A program made the position numbers and the translations under genes. Below are positions 36,767 to 46,459 of a stretch of 64,000 nucleotides of DNA, one piece after another (positions within the stretch are counted from its first letter, which is position 1; each line of letters starts with the position of its first letter). Origin of the DNA: SAR86 cluster bacterium (GTDB taxonomy: Bacteria > Pseudomonadota > Gammaproteobacteria > Magnimaribacterales > TMED112); contig QOPH01000003.1 of assembly GCA_003331635.1 (NCBI GenBank), positions 67,145 through 131,144 on the forward strand. Direction: 5' to 3'. A model generated the notes under the pieces. The model made no database searches and was not told where the DNA came from. It was given only the letters and a program-made list of their open reading frames with translations.

Positions 36767-39721
36767 TTAATTTCCTTGTAGTCTAAATTCTAAGTAATAA
36801 TTCCTTCCGTAGTCATTATGGACATCATTCCATGAGAAGAACCAATATTCATCTGCTAAAGGAGCTCTTTCATCTTCAACGTTAAGAACACCAAACCTTA
36901 CTCTTGCATCGTAACCTTCAAAGTCGAACTTATAGCCAAGTGTAAAGTTTAATCTTGTCATTGATGGTAAGTACCAGAAGTTGCCATCTGGATCAGTGTT
37001 TCCTGTTTCATAGAAACCACTAACTTTATTACCTGAAAGTAAAACTTCCCAATCATTTAGTCTCCAAGAAGCATTCATAGTCCATTTATCAGAGAAGTTA
37101 CCATTTCTTTCGATTAGATTTGCAAATCCATCTGGAACTGAAACTCCATCTAATAATCCGCCAGGTCTACCAGCTTCTATTAATCTATCGATATCACCAC
37201 CAGCTTGTTGTTCATATTTGTTGTAGTGAACATTCACAAGCTTAAAGTTGAATCTACCAACATCTGTATCAAGTCTGTATTGAACTGTGGTATCAGTACC
37301 CTCAATTACACGTGTATCAAGGTTTACATAAATATCATCAATTCTTTGTACCTGTCCTGCCGGACATAGATTAGTTGGCCATCCTGCTGTGTATTCATCA
37401 GCAGTGAACTGTGTTCTAATCACAAGTGGGTTACCAACACACTCTGATGGGCCGCCTTCAAGTCTTATTAGAAGGTCTAACAACATATGGTTGTTTTCAC
37501 CAAATAGACCAAGTGTATTTTCTTTAGTAATTCTCCATCTATCAACTGTAACAAGAAGATCCTCAACTGGCTCTAGCACAAAACCCCATGAAAGGTTTTC
37601 TGACTCCTCCGGCTTAAGGTCTGGGTTACCTTGAGCAACCCTTTGTAGTTGATATTCTGGATCAGCTATTGGATTTCCGGATACGTTTGCAAAATACTCA
37701 TAAACAGCATCTGTTCTTGTATTTGACCTAGCAACTAAACCTTCGTTAATGAAAATTAAGTTTGGCGCAGCAAAAGCAGTTGAAACCGAACCTCTTAATT
37801 TCACGTAGTCACTAATATCCCAACCCATCGCAACTTTTCCAACTAATGAGTTACCAACATCGGTAAATTGATCTCCTCGAAGTGCTGCTTGAACAACAAG
37901 TCTGTCATCAAGAGGTACCTGAAGCTCACCAAAGTAAGATGTTACTGTACGCTCACCACTTGTATTTGGTGATGGACTTGAGTTAGAAATATTTGAGACA
38001 TAAGGCCAAGAAGCTCCTAAGTTGTTAGTCCAATCGATTGTTCCATCGATATTAGGGTCTCTTTTATCAGTCATTTCTTCTGTTCTAACTTCAATACCAA
38101 ATAGTGCACCTGCAGGCGCTGTACCACCGCTTAACTGAGGCATTTCAAAGAACTCAGCATTAGACATTTTGAAGTCAATTAAAGACATTGAGCTGGTATT
38201 TTCTCTGTAAATTGTTTTAAGAATTTGCTCCTCATTACAATTTACTCCAGCACAGAATGGGTTATATGCGCTTGGATCATCTTTAGCAAGTGCAGCTTCC
38301 AATTCAAGCAAACCAACTCTATTACCATTTGCCATCAGAGAGGTTGCTTCTGAAAAAACTATACCAGTATCCCAGTCCCAATTCCCAGTAGAACCAGCAA
38401 ATGCTTGAGTAAATCTCCATGTTTCTCTTTCATGGTTGTAGTATCTAGGTTGTGTAAATCTTAGGTATCTTATCCAAAGGAAATCATCCTCAGCATCAAC
38501 AAATTTTGTTCCATCAGCTCTAACCCACTGATTAAAGTAATAGTTTGTTGAAGGAACTCTTATTGATTGTGTTCCTTGACCTCGTCTGTTTGCGCTACCT
38601 GGATTTAAGAAAGCACCAGGATAATGCTGTCTGAAGCCACTTGACTGATACCAACCTATCTCTGTAGAAGCTTCAACACCGTTATCAAGTGTAGTATTGT
38701 AGTATGCCAGCATGTTGTGTCTTTCAAGATCACCTCTTCTCATCATCCCTTCCATAGGGTAGTTAGCTCTATTTTCTGTTCTTATACTTGAAGCATCATA
38801 GAGACAAACATTGTCTTGTATTGGAGATGTAAATAGGTTTGTTGTACTTCCACTTTGACAATATGAGTCATCGGGTCTGTAGAGTGAGAACACATTAGAA
38901 CCATTACCTACATAAAACTGTGCATATTTACTTTGCGCTGATAAGTTTCTCCAAGATGTATCTGCGAAAGCACCAAGTTGCTCTGAGTATAAGTTTCTAG
39001 CATCACCCATCATCCATTTAGGATCTTCAATACCATCAATATGACCTCTGTCATAAGTATCTAGATAAATAGAAAGATTTGAGCCATCGTCAAAATTTCT
39101 ACCCCATTGTATGCTTACTTTTGCGTCCTCTGCAGCAAAGTGATCATAGGCTATTCCTCTTATTCTCATTGAAAAGCCATCAAAATCTTTCTTTAGAACT
39201 GTATTAATAACACCAGCAACAGCGTCTGATCCGTAAACAGCAGATGCGCCATCTCTTAGGATTTCAATTCTTTCTAATCCATAAACTGGTAAAACGTTAC
39301 TGTTAACTGATTGAACTGGTACTAAACTACCACCAATTGTTTCAGTATGATAACCAGCAGCAGGAACAATTCTTCTTCCATTTAAAAGAGTAAGAGTGTT
39401 ACCTGTACCAACGTTTCTTAAGTTAAATGAACCGACATCCCCTCTGTTGGCGTTATAACCACCATTAAAGTCTCCTTGGTTAAATTGGTTTGTACCCATT
39501 TCAGCAAGGTTTGATATCAAATCGTCACCAGAATCAACACCGAAGCCTTCGATTTCTTCAGTTGATATAACAGTCACTGGTAAAGCATCAGTTATGGTTG
39601 CACCTTTAATTTGTGAACCAACTACAACGACTTCTTCTACTTCTTCAGTATCAGAATCTTGAGCACTAACATATAGCGTTAAAAACGGTATAAGTAGTGT
39701 TAAAATTAATCTTAGTTTCAT
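36767..39721 (-). CDS. TonB-dependent outer-membrane receptor
   Basis: 984 aa. Signal peptide, EEVVVVGSQI TonB box, plug (LRNVGTGNTLTLLNGRR, IEILRDGASAVYGSDAVAGVINT) and a beta-barrel tail. AGGGGG Shine-Dalgarno site. Confidence 0.9.
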   Translation of the reverse strand: MKLRLILTLLIPFLTLYVSAQDSDTEEVEEVVVVGSQIKGATITDALPVTVISTEEIEGFGVDSGDDLISNLAEMGTNQFNQGDFNGGYNANRGDVGSFNLRNVGTGNTLTLLNGRRIVPAAGYHTETIGGSLVPVQSVNSNVLPVYGLERIEILRDGASAVYGSDAVAGVINTVLKKDFDGFSMRIRGIAYDHFAAEDAKVSIQWGRNFDDGSNLSIYLDTYDRGHIDGIEDPKWMMGDARNLYSEQLGAFADTSWRNLSAQSKYAQFYVGNGSNVFSLYRPDDSYCQSGSTTNLFTSPIQDNVCLYDASSIRTENRANYPMEGMMRRGDLERHNMLAYYNTTLDNGVEASTEIGWYQSSGFRQHYPGAFLNPGSANRRGQGTQSIRVPSTNYYFNQWVRADGTKFVDAEDDFLWIRYLRFTQPRYYNHERETWRFTQAFAGSTGNWDWDTGIVFSEATSLMANGNRVGLLELEAALAKDDPSAYNPFCAGVNCNEEQILKTIYRENTSSMSLIDFKMSNAEFFEMPQLSGGTAPAGALFGIEVRTEEMTDKRDPNIDGTIDWTNNLGASWPYVSNISNSSPSPNTSGERTVTSYFGELQVPLDDRLVVQAALRGDQFTDVGNSLVGKVAMGWDISDYVKLRGSVSTAFAAPNLIFINEGLVARSNTRTDAVYEYFANVSGNPIADPEYQLQRVAQGNPDLKPEESENLSWGFVLEPVEDLLVTVDRWRITKENTLGLFGENNHMLLDLLIRLEGGPSECVGNPLVIRTQFTADEYTAGWPTNLCPAGQVQRIDDIYVNLDTRVIEGTDTTVQYRLDTDVGRFNFKLVNVHYNKYEQQAGGDIDRLIEAGRPGGLLDGVSVPDGFANLIERNGNFSDKWTMNASWRLNDWEVLLSGNKVSGFYETGNTDPDGNFWYLPSMTRLNFTLGYKFDFEGYDARVRFGVLNVEDERAPLADEYWFFSWNDVHNDYGRNYYLEFRLQGN

Positions 39722-39799
39722 TGGACCCCCTAAAAACTATTTATCCTCAAATTTAATAACATTTTACAGGAAATAAGATAGAATTTACAAGTTTATTGA

Positions 39800-39875
39800 G
39801 GGGCCATAGCTCAGCTGGGAGAGCGCGACGCTGGCAGCGTTGAGGTCAGGGGTTCGATCCCCCTTGGCTCCACCA
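39800..39875 (+). tRNA. tRNA-Ala (anticodon GGC)
   Basis: Acceptor GGGGCCA/TGGCTCC including the G3:U70 alanine identity pair. Anticodon loop CTGGCAG. T-arm AGGGG-TTCGATC-CCCCT. CCA encoded. Confidence 0.9.
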
Positions 39876-39876
39876 A

Positions 39877-40107
39877 TCAGGAAGTTTTATTAAATCTCTT
39901 CCAAGTGGAATGCAGAAAGTAAAACCAAACGCCATTAATCATAGGTTCAATAAAGGCGTCTGCAGCTGCTAGGTTTAAAGGAGCTCCAGTAATAAAATAA
40001 ACGCATATAGTTGCGATAAATATATGTCCAATTGTATAGACGACTGTAAGGCCGAGACTATCTGCCTTACTTATTCTTTTACCAATATTTAATATAAGCT
40101 CAGTCAT
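39877..40107 (-). CDS. small two-TM membrane protein (DUF2061-like)
   Basis: 76 aa with two hydrophobic helices and a C-terminal FLHSTWKRF that resembles the DUF2061 ...HER.W ending. The assignment is weak. Confidence 0.35.
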   Translation of the reverse strand: MTELILNIGKRISKADSLGLTVVYTIGHIFIATICVYFITGAPLNLAAADAFIEPMINGVWFYFLHSTWKRFNKTS

Positions 40108-40127
40108 AGAACTATTCTATAAGCACT

Positions 40128-40859
40128 TTAATTAAATTCAAGGTAAGTTTGCCAAGCAATTTCTTGTAAAAATAATCTGTCCTCATCAGAGACACGATTT
40201 AGATAGTTATAATCAAGTCCAACAGGTGATTGGCTAGTAACAAAGGCAAAAATCACACAAGCTCCAAGATATGTGCCTAACATTCCAGGGTGAGAGCCAT
40301 CAGGATGGTGCAATTTTATATCTGGTCTATTTAAATATGCACTTTCATAGGCGATTCCAACAGGAATAACTAATGCTTTACTTTGTTTTCCTGCTTCAAA
40401 ATATGTCATCTTAATTTTTTCAATAAGATTGGGTTCATATCTGTCATCACTTTCTGTATAAGCATGGGTCATGAATAATGCTGGCATAACTCCTTTTTTT
40501 CTTGCTTTTTTACTGTATTTCACCGCAGTTTTTATGAACTTTTTTCTGGAAGTCTTATCTATGACTTCACCACTTCCTCCTTGCATAATCACCATATCTA
40601 CTTGTTCCTTACGTTGTAAATTTTTAGGCTTCAGCAGGTGATCAATATTATGATTCTCAAGTCGAGATCCGCCAATGGTTGCACTTTTAGTAACTATTTC
40701 TTCTTCTTTATAAAAATCTTCCATTAATTCTTCAACATGGTTATGCATACTGTCGTTGTAATAAAGATAGCTATTGCCAATAAATAATATTGATTTGGGA
40801 TAGTCACAAAAACCAGCTATTGAAAAAAGTAATAAAAGAAAAATTTTGGTTTTACTCAT
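40128..40859 (-). CDS. SGNH/GDSL-like hydrolase, exported
   Basis: 243 aa. Signal-like N-terminus, block I-like ILFIGNSY, and a late DGSHP (Asp...His) motif. Confidence 0.5.
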   Translation of the reverse strand: MSKTKIFLLLLFSIAGFCDYPKSILFIGNSYLYYNDSMHNHVEELMEDFYKEEEIVTKSATIGGSRLENHNIDHLLKPKNLQRKEQVDMVIMQGGSGEVIDKTSRKKFIKTAVKYSKKARKKGVMPALFMTHAYTESDDRYEPNLIEKIKMTYFEAGKQSKALVIPVGIAYESAYLNRPDIKLHHPDGSHPGMLGTYLGACVIFAFVTSQSPVGLDYNYLNRVSDEDRLFLQEIAWQTYLEFN

Positions 40860-40860
40860 A

Positions 40861-41280
40861 CTAATTATCCTTATGCATAGCTGTAAAACTTATTTGTGAG
40901 ATAAGTTCTTTTTTTTCATTCGTTATTGGTACATCCCAGACAGAAGTGCTTCTGCCTATGTGTTTTGGTTTTGCAGTAGCAAAGACATAACCATCTTTAA
41001 TGCTCTTAATATGGTTGGCTAGTAAATTTAGCCCAACAACAGTTTTCATTTTCGGATCAACAACTAAAAATGCAGCGATACTAGCTGTACTTTCGGCAAG
41101 CACACAAGACGCTCCTCCATGCAAGAGGCCAAGTGGCTGCCTAGTTTTTGAATTTACAGGCATTTTTGTTTTAATAAAGTTGCTTCCTAATTCAATAATT
41201 TCAATTTCCAATAGTTCATCAATTCCTACAGGAGGTATTTGAATATCTTCAATTTTATAGTCTTTAAACCAAATGGACAT
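40861..41280 (-). CDS. PaaI/YbdB-family hotdog thioesterase
   Basis: 139 aa. Motifs: GLLHGGASCVLAES and HIGRSTSVW. Second PaaI-type paralog in the window. Confidence 0.65.
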   Translation of the reverse strand: MSIWFKDYKIEDIQIPPVGIDELLEIEIIELGSNFIKTKMPVNSKTRQPLGLLHGGASCVLAESTASIAAFLVVDPKMKTVVGLNLLANHIKSIKDGYVFATAKPKHIGRSTSVWDVPITNEKKELISQISFTAMHKDN

Positions 41281-41444
41281 TCAAGGATTATAGATGTATT
41301 TGTAAATATTAAAAAACTTTCCAATTTTGATTAAATAACATATAAAAACTTTCAAATAAATTGATTTAGTATATAAAAAGTTTACACTTTTGATGATTTA
41401 GCAAAAAAAAATAGTGTTTTTGTAAAATTTAGATAAAAAATTAA

Positions 41445-42464
41445 ATGAAAATTGCTTTAAATGGATTTGGAAGAATTGGAAGAAATATTCTCCGATCATA
41501 TATCCAAAATGAGGATAAAGCTTTGCAGATAGTGGCTATTAATGACTTAGCTATTGCATCAACTAATGCTCATTTGCTTAAATATGACAGCATACACGGG
41601 ACTTTGAGAGATGAAATTACTCATAATGATTCATCTATTTTTGTAAAAAATAGTGAAATAAAGTGTTTTTCAGAGAAGAATCCAGAAAACCTGCCCTGGA
41701 AACAAATGGGTATAGATTTAGTTTTTGAGTGTACAGGTCTATTTACATCTAAAGAAAAAGCCAACTCACACCTTAAAGCTGGAGCTAAAAGAGTAATTAT
41801 TTCTGCTCCTGGTAATGATGTGGATAAAACAATAGTGTTTGGAGTGAATCATTCGAGCCTTAATTCTAATCATAAGGTAATATCTAATGCTTCATGCACA
41901 ACAAATTGTCTTGCACCAATTGCTAAAATTATTAACGATTACTTCAAAATTAAAAATGGTTTAGTAAATACTATCCACGCCTACACAAACGATCAAAAAC
42001 TTCTTGATGTAGCCCATGTAGATTTATTTAGGGCAAGATCTGCTACAGAATCATTAATTCCAACAAAAACTGGAGCAGCTTCAGCTGTTGGTAAAGTTAT
42101 TCCAGAACTTCAAGGAAAGATAGATGGAATAGCAATAAGAGTGCCAACATCAAATGTTTCGTTGTTAGATTTTACTTTCAATACTGAAAAAAATTTTTCA
42201 ATTGATGAGCTGAATCAGATTATTGAAAATTCAATAAATAAAGAAATGAAGGGAATTATGGATATAAACTCTATTCCTTTAGTAAGTTTAGATTTCAAAG
42301 GAAATCCACATTCTTGTGTATACGACAAACAACATACTCAAAAAATAGGAAGCTCCACAAAAATATTGGCTTGGTATGACAACGAATGGGGTTTTGCTAA
42401 CAGAATGAGAGATCTTGCAAATTACGTAAAAGACAAATTCCATAAACAAATTATCGCTGCCTAG
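41445..42464 (+). CDS. gap: glyceraldehyde-3-phosphate dehydrogenase (type I)
   Basis: 339 aa. Motifs: INGFGRIGR, SNASCTTNCLAP (catalytic Cys), WYDNEWGF. Confidence 0.92.
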   Translation: MKIALNGFGRIGRNILRSYIQNEDKALQIVAINDLAIASTNAHLLKYDSIHGTLRDEITHNDSSIFVKNSEIKCFSEKNPENLPWKQMGIDLVFECTGLFTSKEKANSHLKAGAKRVIISAPGNDVDKTIVFGVNHSSLNSNHKVISNASCTTNCLAPIAKIINDYFKIKNGLVNTIHAYTNDQKLLDVAHVDLFRARSATESLIPTKTGAASAVGKVIPELQGKIDGIAIRVPTSNVSLLDFTFNTEKNFSIDELNQIIENSINKEMKGIMDINSIPLVSLDFKGNPHSCVYDKQHTQKIGSSTKILAWYDNEWGFANRMRDLANYVKDKFHKQIIAA

Positions 42465-42506
42465 AAATCAATCTAGAATGACTGGCCCAACTTACATTCT
42501 AGTTAA

Positions 42507-43859
42507 CTAGGTAGCGATTCTTCTATTCTTTCTTTTCTTAATCATTTTCTTGGTGAAATTCAGCACTGATTCTGAATCTTTTTCCTGCAGATCAACAGAT
42601 AAATTTTTATAATCCTCATTAGCAGGAAGCCATGGCTTATTTTGACTAAAACCATAATTTTTTTTCATTGAATTCCATGGCATTGGTGTCCTGCAACCAT
42701 CTCTGCCCTTAAAATCTGGCCAAAATACTTTTCCAAAAGGATCCTGTAAATCTCCATAATTTATATTTGTTTCTGGAAGTCCAAGTTCTTCACCTTGATA
42801 GATGCAAATGTTTCCCTGCAAACTAAGGAGTTTTTCCATTAATTTTTTTGGGCTTACCTTAGCTCTTGATACTATCCGTTTAGAGTCATGATTACTAAAT
42901 GCCCAGCATGGCCAAGATTTTGGGTTTTCTTTAAAAAAGTTTTCTACTATTACGTCTACTGTGTTTAAATCAAATTCATCGGAAAGAAATTCAAAACAAT
43001 AGGCCATATGCAGGCGCTCGTCGTTTGTGTAATCAGCAATCGTTTCAAATGGTTTATCTGAAACTACTTCGCCAATAGAAATAGCACTATAATCATCGAG
43101 TAGTTTACGAATTTTTTGCAGGTATGCTGGAACCTCTTTTTGAGTATTGTCATATATATGATGTTGAAGTCCATATGGATTTTCTTTATTAAAACCTAGA
43201 GGTCTTACTTCAGACTTATCTTTTAAAGGATTATTCCTAAGCTTTTTATCGTGAAAAATGAAATTTATTACATCAAACCTAAAACCATCAATACCAAAAT
43301 CAAGCCAATATTTAATTTCATTTAGCATTTGTTCTTGAACTTCATGATTATGAAAATTTAAGTCCGGTTGAGATTCTAAAAAGTTATGAAGAAAAAACAT
43401 TTCTCTTTCATCATGCCACTTCCATGAAGGCCCTCCAAAAACAGACAACCAATTATTAGGTAAGACTTCTTTATTCTTTCCAGACCAAACGTACCAATCA
43501 GAATATTTATTTTTTTTATTCTTCTGACTTTCAATGAACCAGGGGTGTTTGTCAGATGTGTGGCTAATAACTAGATCAATTATCATTTTTAAATTTGCAT
43601 CATGAAATTTCTCTAGTAATTTCTTTAAGTCTTCATTTGAGCCAAATAAATTATCTACCTTACGATAGTCGGAAACATCGTAACCAAAATCTTTCTGTGG
43701 TGACTCAAAAAAGGGTGATATCCATACATAATCAACACCTAATTGCTTTATGTAGTCAATTTTTTTTTGGATTCCATGCAAATCACCTGTGCCATTTCCA
43801 TTGGAGTCCATAAAACTTCTTGGATAGATTTGATAAATAATTTTATTTTTCCAAGACAT
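42507..43859 (-). CDS. GH13 alpha-glucosidase/oligo-1,6-glucosidase-like enzyme, ending right after the catalytic barrel
   Basis: 450 aa. GH13 regions I DLVISHTS, II DGFRFDVINF, III IGEV, IV FSNHD. No signal peptide. Ends at ...SVLNFTKKMIKKRKNRRIAT. Confidence 0.8.
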   Translation of the reverse strand: MSWKNKIIYQIYPRSFMDSNGNGTGDLHGIQKKIDYIKQLGVDYVWISPFFESPQKDFGYDVSDYRKVDNLFGSNEDLKKLLEKFHDANLKMIIDLVISHTSDKHPWFIESQKNKKNKYSDWYVWSGKNKEVLPNNWLSVFGGPSWKWHDEREMFFLHNFLESQPDLNFHNHEVQEQMLNEIKYWLDFGIDGFRFDVINFIFHDKKLRNNPLKDKSEVRPLGFNKENPYGLQHHIYDNTQKEVPAYLQKIRKLLDDYSAISIGEVVSDKPFETIADYTNDERLHMAYCFEFLSDEFDLNTVDVIVENFFKENPKSWPCWAFSNHDSKRIVSRAKVSPKKLMEKLLSLQGNICIYQGEELGLPETNINYGDLQDPFGKVFWPDFKGRDGCRTPMPWNSMKKNYGFSQNKPWLPANEDYKNLSVDLQEKDSESVLNFTKKMIKKRKNRRIAT

Positions 43860-43915
43860 ATTCTTAACCTTACTACATTCTATTATGCAGCCTAAAATTT
43901 TTATATAATTAACAT

Positions 43916-44863
43916 TTGTTTTTGGAGCACAATTTGTCAGAAAATATCCTTTTGCTAGACCTTGGTGGAACTAATTTAAGAGTTGGTTTAGGCAACAAAG
44001 AACTGAAATCAATTCATAAAATTTCCAAACAAAAAATAGATTCAAACGAAGAGCTGTATGAAATTATTGGCGATGTTGTAAGGGACTCAAAGTCATCGGA
44101 GATTGTAATGTCTGTTGCTGGACCAAAAACTAATAATTCAATAACAATGACGAATCGTAACCTAATCTTTAATAGCGAAAAATTAAAAAAAGATACAAAC
44201 ACAAAAACGTTTTCTCTTTTGAACGATTGGGAATCAATTGGATATTGTTTGCCACTTTTAGATGATTCAGATATTAAAGTCATAAAGAGTGGAAATATTG
44301 ATAACGAACAGACTTGCTTGGCTATTGGTCCAGGCACAGGTCTTGGATTTTCAGTCCTAAGATATATTAATGGGCATCCATTTGTGTCTGCAACAGAGTT
44401 AGGTAATACAACGCTATACAACAATTTCTTAAAAAAGCATTTTGAACTTGACAATGAAGAGGAATTTAAGGTTTTAGAAAGTTTTATTTCAGGCAAGGGT
44501 TTGGAAAAAATCTATTTTTTTAAAACCGGAGATATACTAACTTCTGAGGAAATAGTTGAATCATTTGAGAATGATAAAAATTCTAATTTTGTTCTTACAA
44601 AATTTAATCAAGCCCTTGGAAAAATACTTTCAGATCTAACGCTCACTTTTCTTGCATATGGAGGCATATATGTTGCAGGCAGCTTAATGAGAAGCATAAA
44701 TGAGCTAAACATTAATGACCAGATGAATAATTCCTTTGTTTCTCATCCTTCTAATGAGCATAGAAACATTCTTAAAAATACATCTATTAATTTAATTACC
44801 AAAGAACATACACCTTTGTATGGAAACTTAAATTATTCAATTGTTAGGAGGTTTCATGAATAG
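43916..44863 (+). CDS. glk: glucokinase
   Basis: 315 aa. LLLDLGGTNLRVG ATP-binding motif and AIGPGTGLG. The start is uncertain: TTG at 43916 or TTG at 43934. Confidence 0.8.
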   Translation: MFLEHNLSENILLLDLGGTNLRVGLGNKELKSIHKISKQKIDSNEELYEIIGDVVRDSKSSEIVMSVAGPKTNNSITMTNRNLIFNSEKLKKDTNTKTFSLLNDWESIGYCLPLLDDSDIKVIKSGNIDNEQTCLAIGPGTGLGFSVLRYINGHPFVSATELGNTTLYNNFLKKHFELDNEEEFKVLESFISGKGLEKIYFFKTGDILTSEEIVESFENDKNSNFVLTKFNQALGKILSDLTLTFLAYGGIYVAGSLMRSINELNINDQMNNSFVSHPSNEHRNILKNTSINLITKEHTPLYGNLNYSIVRRFHE

Positions 44864-46457
44864 TTTGGATTACATAATTGTTGGGATTTATGCAGTTGTT
44901 CTTGTCTCAATTGCAACCTATGTATCTCTTTCTAAAAAAGGAGAAAAGAAAACTGCTGAAGAATATTTTCTTGCAGGCAGGTCATTGCCTTGGTGGGCAA
45001 TAGGCACTTCACTAATTGCAGCCAATATTGCAGCGGATCAAATTATTGGGATGAATGGAGATGCTTATGCTATGGGAATTGCCATAGCAACATATGAATG
45101 GACAGCAGCAGTGGCATTGATCGTTGTAGGTAAATTTTTATTACCTGTTTATTTAAAGCAGAAAGTATTCACAATGCCTCAACTTCTTTCACAGCGATAT
45201 GATAACAATGTAAGTACTCTATTAGCCATATTGATGTTAATAATGTATGTCATGGTAATTCTTCCAACTATTTTGTGGCTTGGCGCTAAAGCAGTAAATA
45301 ATCTGACTGGACTTGATCTAATACTTTCAATGATACTTCTTGGCGGTCTTTCTTTGGCATATTCATTATATGGAGGCTTAAAAGCTGTTGCTTTTACAGA
45401 TGTAATTCAAGTAAGTTTATTAATTTTTGCAGGACTCTTTGTTTCGTATGTCGGACTTAATGCTTTGTCAGAAGGAAAAGGAGTACTTGAAGGCTTTGCT
45501 ATTTTGCAAAGTAATTTTCCAGAAAAGTTTGATGCAATTCTTCCGTATGTTGATAAAGAAACAGATCCTGTTGCTTATGGTAATTATGTAAAGTTACCAG
45601 GGGTGTGGGTTCTTATAGGAGGGATGTGGATAGCTCATTTTTATTATTGGGGAACAAATCAGTACATCACTCAAAGAGCCTTGGGTGGAAAAAGTTTAGA
45701 TGAAGCACAGAAGGGTCTAATGTTTGCAGGGTTCCTAAAGATTTTTATGCCAATCGTAGTTGTTTTGCCAGGCTTAATAGCAGTGGCCTTGGAAGGAAAT
45801 GTAATAGAATCATTAGGTGGAGATAGATCTAAAGCATATCCATCAATGCTTTCATTACTTCCGAATGGAATTTTAGGACTCACATTTGCTGCGCTTGTTG
45901 CTGCAATAGTCTCTTCTTTAGCCTCATTGACAAATAGTTTAAGCACTATTTTTACAATGGATATTTATAAAAACTACACTAAAGTAAAAGATACTGAGTT
46001 GGTAAATGTAGGAAGATTTGCAGGTACGTCTGGCTTAATCCTCTCGATTATAGTTGCGCCAATCTTTCTCGGCAGTTTAGATTCTGCATTTCAATATGTT
46101 CAAGAATATATGGGCTTATTTAGTCCTGTAATTTTATTTGTATTCCTATCAGCAATCTTTTTTAAGAAATCCAGTTCAAAATCAGTTTTGGCAGGCTCTT
46201 TAGTGGCATTGGTAGTTGGTGTAATAATGAAGTTATATGTTGCTCAAACAGACCAATCGTTAATTGAGCCATTTATGCACCAAATGGCAATTTCTTTTGG
46301 TTTTGCCTTTCTTGTAAGTTTTGCGCTCTCTGATAAATCAGATAATGCCAAGGTTTTTAAACTTACTTATAAAGATTTTAAAACTTCAAAATTATTCAAT
46401 TATGGTTCTTTAACAATATTATTAATATTGTTAGGAATTTATGGTTATTATTGGTAA
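44856..46457 (+). CDS. sodium:solute symporter (SSS family, SGLT-like sugar transporter)
   Basis: About 533 aa from ATG 44856, preceded by AGGAGG. EYFLAGRSLPWWAIGTSLIAANI is typical of SSS. The start overlaps the glk stop. Confidence 0.8.
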   Translation: MNSLDYIIVGIYAVVLVSIATYVSLSKKGEKKTAEEYFLAGRSLPWWAIGTSLIAANIAADQIIGMNGDAYAMGIAIATYEWTAAVALIVVGKFLLPVYLKQKVFTMPQLLSQRYDNNVSTLLAILMLIMYVMVILPTILWLGAKAVNNLTGLDLILSMILLGGLSLAYSLYGGLKAVAFTDVIQVSLLIFAGLFVSYVGLNALSEGKGVLEGFAILQSNFPEKFDAILPYVDKETDPVAYGNYVKLPGVWVLIGGMWIAHFYYWGTNQYITQRALGGKSLDEAQKGLMFAGFLKIFMPIVVVLPGLIAVALEGNVIESLGGDRSKAYPSMLSLLPNGILGLTFAALVAAIVSSLASLTNSLSTIFTMDIYKNYTKVKDTELVNVGRFAGTSGLILSIIVAPIFLGSLDSAFQYVQEYMGLFSPVILFVFLSAIFFKKSSSKSVLAGSLVALVVGVIMKLYVAQTDQSLIEPFMHQMAISFGFAFLVSFALSDKSDNAKVFKLTYKDFKTSKLFNYGSLTILLILLGIYGYYW

Positions 46458-46459
46458 AA

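Noticed and set aside
42473-42502. An 8-bp inverted repeat (CTAGAATG ... CATTCTAG, 14-nt loop) between the convergent gap and GH13 genes, considered as a terminator.
   Set aside because: The stem is AT-rich and short, the loop is large and there is no U-tract on either strand. It is too weak to list as a terminator.
44014-44496. A 160-aa minus-strand ORF inside glk, the longest antisense ORF in the track.
   Set aside because: The glk frame has the GGTN ATP-binding motif and a full-length glucokinase architecture. The antisense product is Ser-rich, has no motif, start context or Shine-Dalgarno site, and is fully contained in glk.
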